Source: Octopus vulgaris (taxonomy: Eukaryota). From it: 64,000 bases of DNA. A program made the position numbers and the translations under genes. This document shows, one piece after another, positions 40,589 to 54,156 of this stretch. Within the stretch, counting starts at the first letter, position 1; every line of letters starts with the position of its first letter. The notes beneath the pieces are model-generated. The model did no database searches. It was not told the DNA's origin and saw nothing but the letters and a program-made list of their open reading frames with translations. Location of the stretch: contig OX597822.1 of the NCBI GenBank assembly GCA_951406725.2, forward strand, positions 51,522,001-51,586,000, given 5' to 3'.

Positions 40589-41087
40589 AATGCATATATA
40601 TAATTAGCATGTGCTACAATAGAAAGGAACATGTTACTACTAAAAACAGCGAAACGCATCTACATTATTACTTTCCTCGAGGCATTCAATATATATGTGG
40701 TGTGTGTGTGTGTGTGTGTCTGAGCTTGTGTGTATGCGTGTATGTGCAGGTGTGTGTGCATGACCTTATGTGTGTGAGAAGTGGTGTTCATGAAAAGGCA
40801 GTCTACTTTATAGCTACATTTGACCTACATTTCGAAATATATATTAGCCAAAGCACATTTCACAGAAATCGATAGAGTTTTCTATTTTATTTCCCTGTGG
40901 CAAAACAACACTTAACACACCATCTCAAATCAACACACACATGTGTACATGCATACAGGTGCATATGCTTATTTGTGTTTGTGTACGTATGTATGTATGT
41001 ATGTATGTATGTGTGTATGGGCGTAGGTATGTATAGATAGATGGAGATGACAGACAGATAGGCAGGCTGGTAGGCAGACAGGTAGAT

Positions 41088-41358
<271 letters not shown>

Positions 41359-41435
41359 TTGTCGTGTAGCACGAAGCATGCAATTCATATTTGAAGTTAA
41401 AATTGTTGAAAAGCAGACAAAATGCAAGATTCAAT

Positions 41436-41570
41436 TGTGTCTGGGGAGAGCCATTTTCTTTTTGTGCCTTATTATGTAACACACTCACCGGTAAAATTTC
41501 CACGTTCTTCTTATATTTATTGTCCTAAAATTTTCGTTGCACCTTGCAAACTTTTCAATAGTTTTGACTC
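41436..41570 (+). mobile_element. single-arm copy of the 24715 element
   Basis: TTGTGTCTGGGGAGAG..GTGCCTTATTAT.TAACACAC..AAAATTTCCAC..TTGCAAACTTTTCAATAGT. Confidence 0.85.
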
Positions 41571-44500
41571 TCCAAAAACGAAAACAAGATTCAAGTTAAC
41601 CAGTAAAAACCCGGAATAAGGAAGACGCATCAGCACTTCTCATCTAATATTTGTACATTTCTGGGTTTAATTCTGTTTCTCATGAGAGAATATAGGACTG
41701 CGTCGTTATCCTTGCATCAGCCGGGTGTTGTTTCCTCACGATGTGATCAGCCTTGTACGCATTTGATCAGGTGTCAGAGCAAGTGACCCCCACCGATCAT
41801 AAACCATCGTCATGCAAAATTCATGGTGAAGAATAACTTTTTCACAGGATAAGCTAATAACATTGGCTATTTCATACATAATCAATTGTCAGTCATCCAT
41901 CATCCTGTGGTGAGCAGAATCAATGTCTTCTTCGTTAGTGGTAGTTGCAGGATATACCGAACTTGGGTCATATTCAAGAACACTCCCTCCCGCTCCTAAA
42001 TGTGGCTGACCGCATTTGCACTGTTGATAAAGGTGAAACGTCATCACCTAATGTTCAGCTACGTTAGCATGAATGTCATTCTGGGCAAAGCCCTTTTTAT
42101 GTAGATACTTGAGAAGCCCAAGATGCTAAATTTTATCCGTTCTCAAGGAACGTCGATGCTATTTACTTTTTTAAATTTTATATATATATATACATACATA
42201 CAGGTATACATACATACAGGTATACATACATATAGACAGACAGACATGCATTACACTTGTCCCAATGATGGCTAAATCCTGTGAATAGTTCACGACTATC
42301 AAAAAGAAGCATACAACAGAATCTGAGTGATCTTAATACTAAATAGTAGTTCCGTATCCGAAGCTACATAACTCACTTCATGTGTACTTAATTCGTCTTT
42401 AGTCTTAGCTTAAAAACTATGAAGATACTGGAAGTTTCTCCCACCATTTCTCTTGCTTTATTTTCTTCACTTTCTGTTTGTATGCATATGAATATGTATA
42501 TATGTATGTATATGTGTGTGCAAGTGGAAAGAGAGCGACAGATACATAAATACATAGATACTGTTATAGATATGTATTTTGCAGGGTGACGTGAAATGTG
42601 TTAGGTTTCTGAATCGCAGTAACCCTATGTGTAAAATGAAACCTGATACAGGCTTTTGAATAACCCTTTTATTGTCAGAACCTAAGCAAAGAATCAAAAA
42701 TGTATTTATTTTGTTCTTCTTGATGGATACTTTGAGCGAGATACATATGCCCGTACAACGCTATACTCTGTAACCTAATGATTGAAAGATATCTTATGAG
42801 ATATAGTAATAACTGTTTAAAGACCGTCTAAATGTGTAAAATATAAATCTACTGAATATACACTACTGGACAATTGAAAGAGCTATACTATTGTCAAGCA
42901 AAAAATAAATTAAAAACCATAGCCATATCATGAAATATGGTCAAATGGTCAAATAGAAACCAATTGACCATTCAGAAATACTTCTACAAATAAATATGAG
43001 TAACTTGTCACTTATATTTCTTTAAGTCAGCATTCATTTTTAAGCAATCTGTAAAACAGACTTTCATCCCATGAAATGTCATACATCTCTCTTTTGAAAA
43101 GGCGGTATGATGGCTGAACAATTAGAGTGCCGAGAAATTATATCAAACCACATCCAGACCACCTTTATTTTTCACCATCCCACTTTGACGTAGATAAAAT
43201 ATAATTTTGGCCAAATTCTGTGTCAATAATATTGACTAACCCTTTTTTCATTAGGATCTCTCACCTTGCGCCTGAAATACAAAACATTATTTTCGTTTCC
43301 ATTTTCCCATCTTGCCAAACTTTGACCAAACGTTGAAAATGTATTCCAAAATTTTTGTATTCAAACATTCTCAAATATCCTCTATGTCATTCAAACCTAC
43401 TGAGTATATATTTTTTAGGAAGTATTTCTAATTAATTATGGATGATTTCGTTATAAGGGAAGTTGCATTGTGTGGTTGACAACTCCCTTTTATTTTTATT
43501 GCTCTATGAAATACGCTTAGCAGCTTGGAAAATAATTATCTTTCTACCAGTTTTAATTATACTAAGGATTTAATCGATTTCTCAAACCCTATAAATTCGC
43601 AATTGGATGCAGATGCAAATGCACATCATACAATAGGACTACTTTCTACATTTCTGAAATTTGATTAAATACATGCAGGTTACATTTTTTTTTCGTTAAT
43701 CAGGCGTAAGCCGCATTCTGGGTAATCATTATAAACCTCCAAACTTTATTCCTGATCCCAACTACATTTTAAATAATATCTAACATTTCGGACCAAAAGG
43801 GAAACTTCCCTTAGTGTTATCTCTTTGTCAACAAATTCTTCTGTATATTTTCAAGGCATCTGGTAACCTCCTCTTAATGGTGCTTCTCCAAACTGTCTCG
43901 TTTTCAGAAATTTTAAACGATCTTGACACCTATTGGAGGATCCATATTTCTTTCTTGAAGAAGTGTAAATTTCGGTCCCCTGCCAACTGTACTTCAAGTT
44001 GTTCATGAGCTTTCACGACATTTTTTACTTGCGTATAATCACTTATCTTAAAATGTAGATTTGCTTTCTTTACCGTATGTAAAGGAATATGTTCTAATTC
44101 TCTCTTTCTCCTGGTGATTATGAATATGAAATATGTTTTTCCTTCTTTAAGAAGATCAGTAATCTGATTGCTAATATCCATATCAGCATGAAATCTCTTT
44201 TTCTTTGAAGTTATATCTAACAGTAAAGAAAACATAGGTTTAATTTTGCTATTCTCGTTACAATTAGAACTATTTATGCACGCAGTTTTGGTTTAAATAT
44301 TTGAAAAAAATCGTGTTCGATTTCATTTAAATAAAAACAATATAAAAGTTCATTTCTTGTAATTTAAAATCTATTTTTTTTCAATACTTTTTCATAAAGA
44401 ATAATACAGTACAACCCTACTTTAGCATCTGTTTGCTATTTGTGGAATGCTAATCGCTTTAGTCTTAAATGAGAAATTAGCCCTTCAGCATGGAAGAAAT

Positions 44501-45685
44501 TTCGTTTTTTTTCATGAAAAAAACTTATAAGCAGCTTCTAAAACACATTTTTTTCTAAAGAAATGCGATTAAGAATGGTTTGTGGAGAGAAGTAATATTG
44601 TATTTGGAGAAAATGTTCTATTTAAATTTCAGTCTATATTACGCTTTCATGCAACAAATTTACAAGTTGGACCTACATATTCCACGGCCGTATGTTGTAT
44701 GTATATTAAATGTTGTTTTCCGAAAATGTGTTTTATTAACATTCCAACGATAGACACTGTGAATGATCAAGTACAGTCCTTCTTTGAATTTATATCCCCA
44801 TGGATGTGTATTTACATATCTAACAAAATTGTAAAATCAGCCTGTGTTATTTAATAAGATGTCTTACGTTTTGTTTAAATTTTTATAACTCCATTAACGG
44901 ACAAAAGTGTTTTTCAGTGGGAAATGTAAGCGTTTGAATGTTTCTCAACCACTGCACTACATGATATAATACAAAGTTCGAATCAATCTCGCAAGCTGCG
45001 CTAAAGATTCTTCTTTGTTAACTGTTTGCTGTTTTATCAATCATTCTTATTACTTCCTTCTTACTTCACTTCCGGCCATTGTAGTCATTTTGTATCATAT
45101 CCAATGCGTTCAGATATCGGTCTTCTATTCAACAGATCTATCCAGAGGAATTATGAGCACGAAATAGAAAATCACTATAAAATCAACGCAATTTGACATG
45201 AAAGAAACAACGGATTATTGACGTTTCATAGAATTCGTTATTTCTCAAATAGGGGGACATGAAAATATGTGCAGCAAGAAACGAAAAAGAAAAGCAGAAG
45301 AGAACCTTAAAAATTGTTAACTTCTATATTCAAACAGTAAAAAAAAGGTGTGAGAATGCTTTAAGTGATGTGCAGTTTCATGGAGCGTATAAAAGCATGT
45401 GCTTGTTCGTTAAAACTAGGAATAAAGCGAGGAAACAGGCAGAGCTAATTCTTCATGCCACATGTCGGTGCCATACTACATGAAATTCAGAACCACACGC
45501 TTGAAACGTTGTTGAGGTAGCATGAGTCACAGTATGGGTAGGTGTATGGAACGGCTGTGTCCCAGGGCAGTTAGTAGTTCAATAGAGAGTGCATTCAGAC
45601 CTTTATGTTCTGAATGCACCAATAATCGCACAATGCTGTTATGGTTTTGTTTACCACTCGGGAGCAGCGGGAAAACATAGTCACA

Positions 45686-46400
45686 TACGAGGTGCATATC
45701 GGATGGTTTAAGACATTTTTATGTAATTATAACCATTCTACATTATTGTAATTATTGTCTATTATTACTTTCCATGTAATAGGCTGATATGACAACTCTT
45801 GCTATTCCAGATTGAAAGAGAAGACTATAACAGCACTTTGAACACGCCCCACTAAACACTGCTTGTCACAGCTGACTAGTTGCATGCAGTCGGTACGGGA
45901 AGACAATCTGGAAGCTATCTGCGCAATAAATTCTTTTGTTTTCAACTGGGCAAAAATGCTACAGAAACTTATGAAACATCCTACACAGTTATGGATTAAC
46001 TTGTACAAGCTGAGCATATGTTTTTCGCAAAGGCAAAGCAAGTCCACCGAGAAGCTCGCTGTGATCCACTTTTACGATAGTGAGGGCATCAAATACATCC
46101 GTTGGCGAGAGGGTCAACTATAAGTATTGTATAGAGTTTACGATTAGGGCATTCAAGAAGCGATTTCGTCACAAAAGATCAAAGCTCCTGCACCAGAACA
46201 ATGCATCAGTCCAGAATTCCGTTACCGTGGAAAACTGCTTGACAGAGATGGGATTACAACCGTCCTTCTCTCTCCCTGCAGTCCAGCTAAAGTCCTGACA
46301 TTGCTAAATTTCCCGCAGAACAAACCTGCGAAGTATCAGATCTTTCACTTTGCGGCTGTTCACGTCATTTTCGAGAACCAAAACTGCATAGGAAGTTATT
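45686..46400 (+). mobile_element. second mariner-family remnant (TACGAGG-type terminus), heavily deleted
   Basis: TACGAGG start; FCFQLGKNATETYE, KLAVIHFYDSEGI, FKKRFRHKRSKLLHQNNA (HDNA motif). Confidence 0.75.
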
Positions 46401-46884
46401 TCACTGACCATAATGAGAGAGCTTCAGTGAAAATGAAACAAAAATGAAACTGAAATACAACAATGTAGCAGACTTTAAAACAGACTGAAAAGCCACAATA
46501 CTTTTATCACTCATCATGAGTTATATGTAATGTTATGAGACAGCGTTTATTGCTAAATTTACGTGAGACCAATGGGAAAAGATCCTTGAGCCATGACGAT
46601 TTTGCATTTGTGCATCGGAACAGGCTGTGGGTTCAAGATGGAAGGATGTGATTGAGGGGGGATATAGCTATCATGTCTAGCAGATCATGTGATGTGTGCT
46701 CCCGAACCTTATGTAATATTTGTAAAATATGAATGAATCCATCTTTTTACGTAGCTAAATAGACCACATATGTAGGAATCAAACCTTCATAATTCAAATT
46801 GAAGAAATAGTTTTACAAATACTGATCAATAGCTTCACACAGTGATTATTGCCAATATTACATACTCTACTTGACAATCTTCAA

Positions 46885-47095
46885 GGTGACTGAGCTGACA
46901 GAATCTTTAACACACCATGCAAAATGATAAGATGCATTTTGTCCATGTTTATTTGAGTTCGAATTCCGACAAAGTCGACTTTGACTTCCCTAATTCTGGG
47001 GTTGACAAAATAAGTACCAGTTGATCATTGGAGTCGATGTAATCGACTTACATGCTTTCTCAGACTTGTTTGCCTTGCGCCAAAATTTGGAACCA
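46885..47095 (+). mobile_element. SINE family B, old copy
   Basis: TGAGTTCGAATTCCGAC..GTCGACTTTG..GGGGTTGACAAAATAAGTACCAGTT..GTCGATGTAATCGACTTA. Confidence 0.8.
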
Positions 47096-47864
47096 ATATC
47101 AATGAATTTATCGAAATATTTATATTTAAATATTTTGTTTTCAATGATTTTCAGTTAATACAAAAATGTATCTACAAAATCATTGTTTTACACCATTTCA
47201 CATAAATTACATAATAATATTTTTCTCATTGAAAACATATTTTAAAATTCGAGTATCATTAATATAAAAAACAACATCAATGTTAAGTAGGAAGGAAATA
47301 ACTAACTAAATAATGTTTGACGCAATTTAAGTTGTTCTTATTTTCGCCTATAGCCCTGAATATATCGCTTAGATTAAATAACTCAAGGACGTGTTCTCTT
47401 AGCTTCTCTACAATTTCATATACTATTTTGTGTATTAGTGTCTTCTTTAAACCACAGTAGGTCGACATTTCACAGGAGATAGATCTAGTCGACTTACTCA
47501 ACAGCTGTATGTGATATGCATATGTAATATGTTTTTGTGCTAATAAAATGCAAAATCGTCGAACTCTGATTCCAAGAACGACGCATCTAGAACACGAGTC
47601 AAATATATAGCTTAGTAAAAATAGAGTTAGAAGAAAATCTTCACGAAATTTACACGATCATTTCTGTGGCAAGATAATGTTAGGCAAAGACAAATGTTGT
47701 CTTAGTGTGGTTAATAGCTTTCTGTCATTTGTTGGTTACTATTGTAAACCGGAGAGTTGCAAGTGAAGTGGTTGTCTTGAAACACCTGTCAGTGATCAAA
47801 ATGTCTTTTTCTCGAATTCTGCATAACGACTTGTTTTGTTAACTTACAGTTCCTATCAAGCTGA

Positions 47865-47970
47865 AATGATTTATGACCATAGGTATGATAATTATGATCA
47901 TGGCACATTTCCTTGTGGAGGATGTGGCCACGTTGTTCAGCAAAAACAACCACATATGATAAATGTTTTA

Positions 47971-48020
<50 letters not shown>

Positions 48021-48120
48021 TAAAACATTTATCATATGTGGTTGTTGTTTTTGCTTGGCCATATCCTCCACAAGGAAATGTGCCATGATCATAATTACGA
48101 TACCTATGGTCATAAATCAT

Positions 48121-48121
<1 letters not shown>
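47865..48121. repeat. near-perfect ~257-bp palindrome centred on (TA)n
   Basis: AATGATTTATGACCATAGGTAT..GGCACATTTCCTTGTGGAGGAT..CACATATGATAAATGTTTTATAAT-(TA)n-reverse complement; two small indels between arms. Confidence 0.96.
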
Positions 48122-48194
<73 letters not shown>

Positions 48195-48344
48195 CATGCA
48201 TACATGCATACATACATATAAGAGGGATGGCCACTAAGAGGGCATCCATTATGCTAGAAGTCGGCTTTGTGATTAATCTGTATATTTTGTGTCTTTTCAT
48301 TTGTCATGCTCGCTTACGTTCTGGCGTTTGCTGAAATTTCATCA

Positions 48345-48439
<95 letters not shown>

Positions 48440-48469
48440 CATATATATATATACATACATACATATTTA

Positions 48470-48665
48470 TTCTTTTGTTTTAGTGGGGTGGCTGCGGCCA
48501 TGCTTGAGCATCGCCTTTAGTCGAACAAATCGACCCCAAAGCGTATTCTTTGTAAGCCTAGTAATTATTCTATCGATATCTTCTACCGAACCGCTATGTT
48601 ACGGGGACGTAAACACACCAGCATCAGTTGTCAAGCGGTGCTGGGGTAAAACAGACGTACAAACA
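48470..48665 (-). mobile_element. SINE family A 3' half (host of nested insertion)
   Basis: reverse complement of family A tail (CTGCGGCCATGCT..AGTCGAACAAATCGACCCC..GGGGACGTAAACACACCAGCATC.GTTGTCAAGC). Confidence 0.9.
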
Positions 48666-48671
48666 TATATA

Positions 48672-48706
<35 letters not shown>

Positions 48707-49089
48707 GTAGGAGTGGCTGTGTGGTAAGTAGCTTGCTAACCAACCACATGGTTCCGGGTTCAGTCCCACTGCGTGGCATCTTGGGCAAGTGTCTTCTGCT
48801 ATAGCCTCGGGCCGACCAAAGCCTTGTGAGTGGATTTGGTAGACGGAAACTGAAAGAAGCCTGTCGTATATGTATATATATATATATGTGTGTATGTGTG
48901 TGTATGTGTTTGTGTGTCTGTGTTTGTCTCCCTAGCATTGCTTGACAACCGATGCTGGTGTGCTTACGTCCCCGTCACTTAGCGGTTCGGCAAAAAGAGA
49001 CCGATAGAATAAGTACTAAAAAGGCGGTGCTCCAGAATGGCCGCAGTCAAATGACTGAAACAAGTAAAAGAGTAAAAGAGAGTAAAAGA
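48707..49089 (+). mobile_element. tRNA-derived SINE family A, well-preserved copy
   Basis: A-box-like TGGCTGTGTGG, B-box-like GGTTCAGTCC, CTTGGGCAAGT CORE-like motif, internal (TA)(TG) tract, tail repeat GTAAAAGA(GA). Confidence 0.93.
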
Positions 49090-49094
49090 GTATA

Positions 49095-49228
49095 CGATGG
49101 ACTAATTCAGTTTCTGTCTACGAGAGGTCATAGTACAAAACACTTGCCCAACGTGCCACGCACTGGGACTGAACCAGAAACCATGTGGCTGGTAAGCAAG
49201 CTACTTACAACACAGCCTCTCCTGCGCC
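49095..49228 (-). mobile_element. SINE family A 5' half (host of nested insertion)
   Basis: reverse complement of GGCGCAGGAG.GGCTGTGT.GTAAGTAGCTTGCTTACCA.CCACATGG. Confidence 0.9.
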
Positions 49229-49253
49229 TATATATACATATATACATATATGT

Positions 49254-49323
<70 letters not shown>

Positions 49324-50131
49324 TTATATAGCATGATAATGTTGTTAAAAGTACTCTATTCTTGTCATGATTTGCTCATGGCAGGAAACATATGTATTTT
49401 TTCTTTAAATTGCAAAGCGAAAATTAATGTTTTTTTTATTATCTCAGAACATTCTAGAATATATTTCTAATGAAAAGAGGAAAAGTGTAACGCAAATAGC
49501 ACACAACATTACAAATGAGATGCATTTGACATTCTGAAAAGAACCTGATAGTAAATTAATAGTGTCATAAGAACAAAAAAAAATTGTTGATACCTATATT
49601 CGAAATGTACTTTTAATTTGTGAATATTTTCTGTCAATATTCTTCTAGATGAAAAACAAAATGGACTAAGAATTGAAATTATCTAATAAATATTTGATAA
49701 TTAACAGGCATTTCCCTTATCAGAATAACACAGTATCTAAATTGAAAATGAATATATTTTTGATTATTCTTACTGTTTTGTTTTGTTTATATTACAGTTA
49801 TTATTTATTCACTGTAGCATGCTGTTGACCTAAATATCTGTGTTCAACCAGCTTGGAATGAAATACAGAAAGAGACAAATTACACGTTACATATGTAATA
49901 TAAAAACACCTGAACATCATTATGTCGGAGTGATTATGGGTATGTTTATATAAACATGTATGTGTGTGGGTGTGGGTGTGTGCGTGTGTGGGTGCGTGTG
50001 GGGTGTTTTCTTTCCCTTTTTAACTCAGTGTAATTTTTGACCGGCTACCTCCATGGTAGCAAGATACTGAACAAAAGCATCTTGCTGATTTGATCATTCT
50101 TTTTAATCTTAAGAAGGTTTGTTGGCAAATA

Positions 50132-50472
<341 letters not shown>

Positions 50473-50530
50473 TAAAATCGAATAAACGTGCATTAAAAAC
50501 AAGGGAAATGCTCGTGTCAGTGTGTGTGTT

Positions 50531-50568
<38 letters not shown>

Positions 50569-51088
50569 TTTGTGTACACACACATTTGTTTCCAGTCTAA
50601 TTTTGCGTGTGGCATATTCGAAGCTGCGAGAAACCCAAAAAAACTCACACTGTATTTTTGTCATGGAGAAAATCCTCGTTGTAAGCACTCAAATTACGTT
50701 GGAGGATCCCCGTCATCCAGACTGATGGATGTATGTATTCCGGAGTATTAGACACTTGCAAGTGGAGAGCGTTGAATTGATAGCGGTAGGTTTTCCTTAA
50801 TATACGGCAGTCACACACACACACGCACAAACACACACACACACATATATCACATGATCTAACAGACTATCGGCCTTTATATCTCGCAACACCCTAACCC
50901 CTAGACCACGCACTTTCACATACACACACAAACACACACACACATGTATATATATGTCCGTGTGTGTTTGTGCCTCTGTGTGTGTGTGTGTGTGTGTGTG
51001 TGTCTAGCTCGAAGGGACAAACATCCCTCTGTGATTTGTCGAAACGCACGAAACGATGTATCGAATATTTATACGTTCCTTTCTAGAA

Positions 51089-52213
51089 TTATTAACTCCG
51101 CCAAGGAAGGAGATAATGTTTTCATCGGCGCCCATTTGTCCGTCTGCCCCTCTGTGTGCAAAATAACTCAAAAAGTTGTGAACGGTATTTAATGAAACTT
51201 GCAGCGAACTTTGGTAATGACACAAGGAACAGATGATGAAATTTTGATTGTGGTCCGGAAATTTTTATGGATTCTTGAAAGATTTTCCATTTGTTATATT
51301 TACTTTACAGCAAGTATTACAATGTTATGTTCTTTGATTATGTCCCTTGAAAACACGTCCATGGTTTTCACGTAACCTACGATAGCGTTGTTGTTTCCAA
51401 AGTTTATTTTCTTTTCTCTCTTAGTAATTTTACTCGTGTATCTATCTTACTAGAAACTGATGGATAAAGAGATCAAACTACATAAACAAACGGCGATGAA
51501 ATTATCCGCACTAGTTCATCTGTTGTTCGTGAAATGAACAGGCTTCGACAGCAAAAATCGCCTGAATCTTTGCCTTCTGCTGCTCCCGTAGTTAGTCATA
51601 GAGGACTGAAAATCCAACTGTTCAATATCAGGTCCTACTTTGAACATGAACAAGACTTGAAAGCGGGCAACACTCTTCAAAATGTTGATGTGTTTTGTTT
51701 CGTGGAAACGATTTTGAAGCAGAATCAACAAGAAGCATCCATCCTACCGCAGTCAAAAATCACTAGAGCAGACAGGCCTGTCGCACTGGGGCGTGGAGGT
51801 GGGTTGGTGACCATTGCCAAGCAGGAGATTGCCCCCATGGATATACATTTGAATGCCAGTGGCTTAGAGTACACCAATGTCGGGGTGACCATCTCGTCAA
51901 CAAAACTCAATATCATCATCATTTACTGATCTCTTTCCGCACCAGTTGCTCCTTTCCTCACCAGCCTGCATCATTTTATAAGATATTTGCCAAGGAATCA
52001 TCTGACCATCGTTCTTCGTGATTTCAACGTGGATTTCCTTTATTCCCCTAACCATTTTAATAATATGGCTGTGTTATTTTTTCTACCCCCGCCAAGGAGG
52101 TTATGTTTTTTGCCGGCGTTGGTTTGGGAAATTAGGCGATTTTCAGCATGCGTGTATATTAGTGGGAATGATGTGCTTGACGGGGTTTGCGCTCACCGAG
52201 TGCTTTTCTAATT
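51089..52213 (+). mobile_element. Helentron (Helitron2)-type rolling-circle element remnant
   Basis: 5' TTATTAACTCCGCCAAGG..ATGTTTTC terminus; 3' CTTGACGGGG (approximate inverse of CTCCGCCAAG) plus hairpin GCGCTC-ACC-GAGTGC and TTCTAATT end; internal endonuclease fragment. Confidence 0.75.
51490..52050 (+). pseudogene. end of PIF1-like helicase plus AP/EEP endonuclease fragment (Helentron RepHel-EN type)
   Basis: IIRTSSSVVREMNRLR then LKIQLFNIRS, DVFCFVET, RADR....RGGGL, IIIY, IVLRDFNVD (GDFN). Confidence 0.75.
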
Positions 52214-52847
52214 GCTATTATATTTATCCTACGTTATATCGCTATATTGATGATGCAATCCCGAAAAACTGAGTTACTATTCGGTATCATTCGACGGTAG
52301 CCAGCATAATGAAAAAGGAGCTTTATTTGCATACCCCTAACGTTAACATAAATGAATTTAAAAGATATATATATACGTTTGTTACAATTATCTATATTCA
52401 GCTATTCTAGAGAAACTCCAACTTTTTCTTGGTCAATCTTAGTACGTATTTTTACTTTGATAATTCATCTACACCATCTCCATTTGTCGCCCAAATTCAT
52501 GAGTAATAAACAAAAGATCATACATTAAATAAAACAAAAACAACAACATAAAATAATAAAGCCAACCATATACAAACATACACAGAAGCAGAAAAATTAT
52601 ACACATGCATTTTTAAAATTCATTCCAAAATTTGAACACCACACGTAGAGCTCCACATTCCATTCACAGTTGAAATTTACAACAGGGCAATATTTTCAAC
52701 ATTTATTCGTACATTTAAGTCATTCTCAATCCATATTAGAACGTGTCAATAAATGCACATTTTTGTTCCATCATAAACTTAGTTTATTCGCTATTTTGTG
52801 TCATTTTGGAATTCATGATGATTTGAAAGACGGTAACAATGAAACAA

Positions 52848-53262
52848 GGCGGCGAGCTGGCAGAATCGTTAGCACGTCGGGCGAAATGCTTAGCGGTATT
52901 TCGTCTGCCGCTACGTTGTGAGTTCAAATTCCGCCGAGGTCGACTTTGCCTTTCATCCTTTCGGGGTCGATAAATTAAGTACCAGTTACGCACTGGGGTC
53001 GATGTGATCGACTTAATACCTATGTCTGTCCTTGTTTGTCACCTCTGTGTTTAGCCCCTTGTGGGTAATAAAGAAATAGGTATTTCGGCTGCCGTTACGT
53101 TGTGAGTTCAAATTCTGCCGAGGTCGACTTTGCCTTTCATCCTTTCGGGGTCGATAAATTAAGTACCAGTTAAGCACTGGGGTCGATATAATCGACTTAA
53201 TACCTATGTCTGTCCATGTTTGTCCCCTCTATGTTTAGCCCCATGTGGGTAATAAAGAAAAA
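52848..53262 (+). mobile_element. young SINE family B copy with internal head-to-tail duplication of its 3' ~184 bp and a 16-18-bp TSD
   Basis: units 52895-53078 and 53079-53262; GGTAACAATGAAACAA(GG) at 52832 and 53263. Confidence 0.95.
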
Positions 53263-53916
53263 GGTAACAATGAAACAAGGATCATATCGAAAGAAGGAAA
53301 ATGCTTAAAGTAAACAGGAACTGCTTTATTTTCTAAATCAACCACACCACTCTATCACATGATGTGAAGAATGTTAAAAATAACTTCAGCATTGTTCAGG
53401 AATATGCAAACAAATCCCAATCAGAAGAAAAATTGAAATTCAGAAGTTAGATAAAATGATGTGTGTGCGTGCGTGTTATATGCATGTGTGTGTATGCATT
53501 ATGTACGTATGTAAAAAGAAAAAATATTTGCCAAAAGTGATTTTGCTAAACTTCCGTGATGATTGTAAAATCAATTTTTATAATTACTTACATACTTGAT
53601 GTCCATAAATCAATAACAACTTAAGGTTAGTCACAAATCTATTATCTACATGATGTGACAACAATTCATGTTAGTACTTTGCTACAGAGAAATTTCGGCT
53701 GAAATATTTTTGGAATGAAACATTTTATCGTGAATTTTCCATTAAGAATATTCGGTGTAATCACTTTCATCAGACATGTTTCATCATTGATTGGGAATCT
53801 GAAAAAATATGTTTATATTATCTACCCAACATATTCAGATAAGAGTTCTGTTTTCTCACTAAATAAAATACATTTCTATCATATCAGCGCTGTGTTACTA
53901 TTAGTCATCTACCCCA

Positions 53917-54106
53917 TGTTGTTGTTGTTGTTGTCCTTCTTCTTCTTCTTCTTCTTCTTCTTCTTCTTCTTCTTCTTCTTCTCCTCCTCCTCCTTCTGCT
54001 TCTGCTTCTTCTTTTTCCTCTCCTTCTTCTTCTTCCTCTCCTTCTTCTTCTTCTTCTTCTTCTTCTTCTTCTTCTTCTTCTTCTTCTTCTTCTTCTTCTT
54101 CTTCTT

Positions 54107-54156
<50 letters not shown>

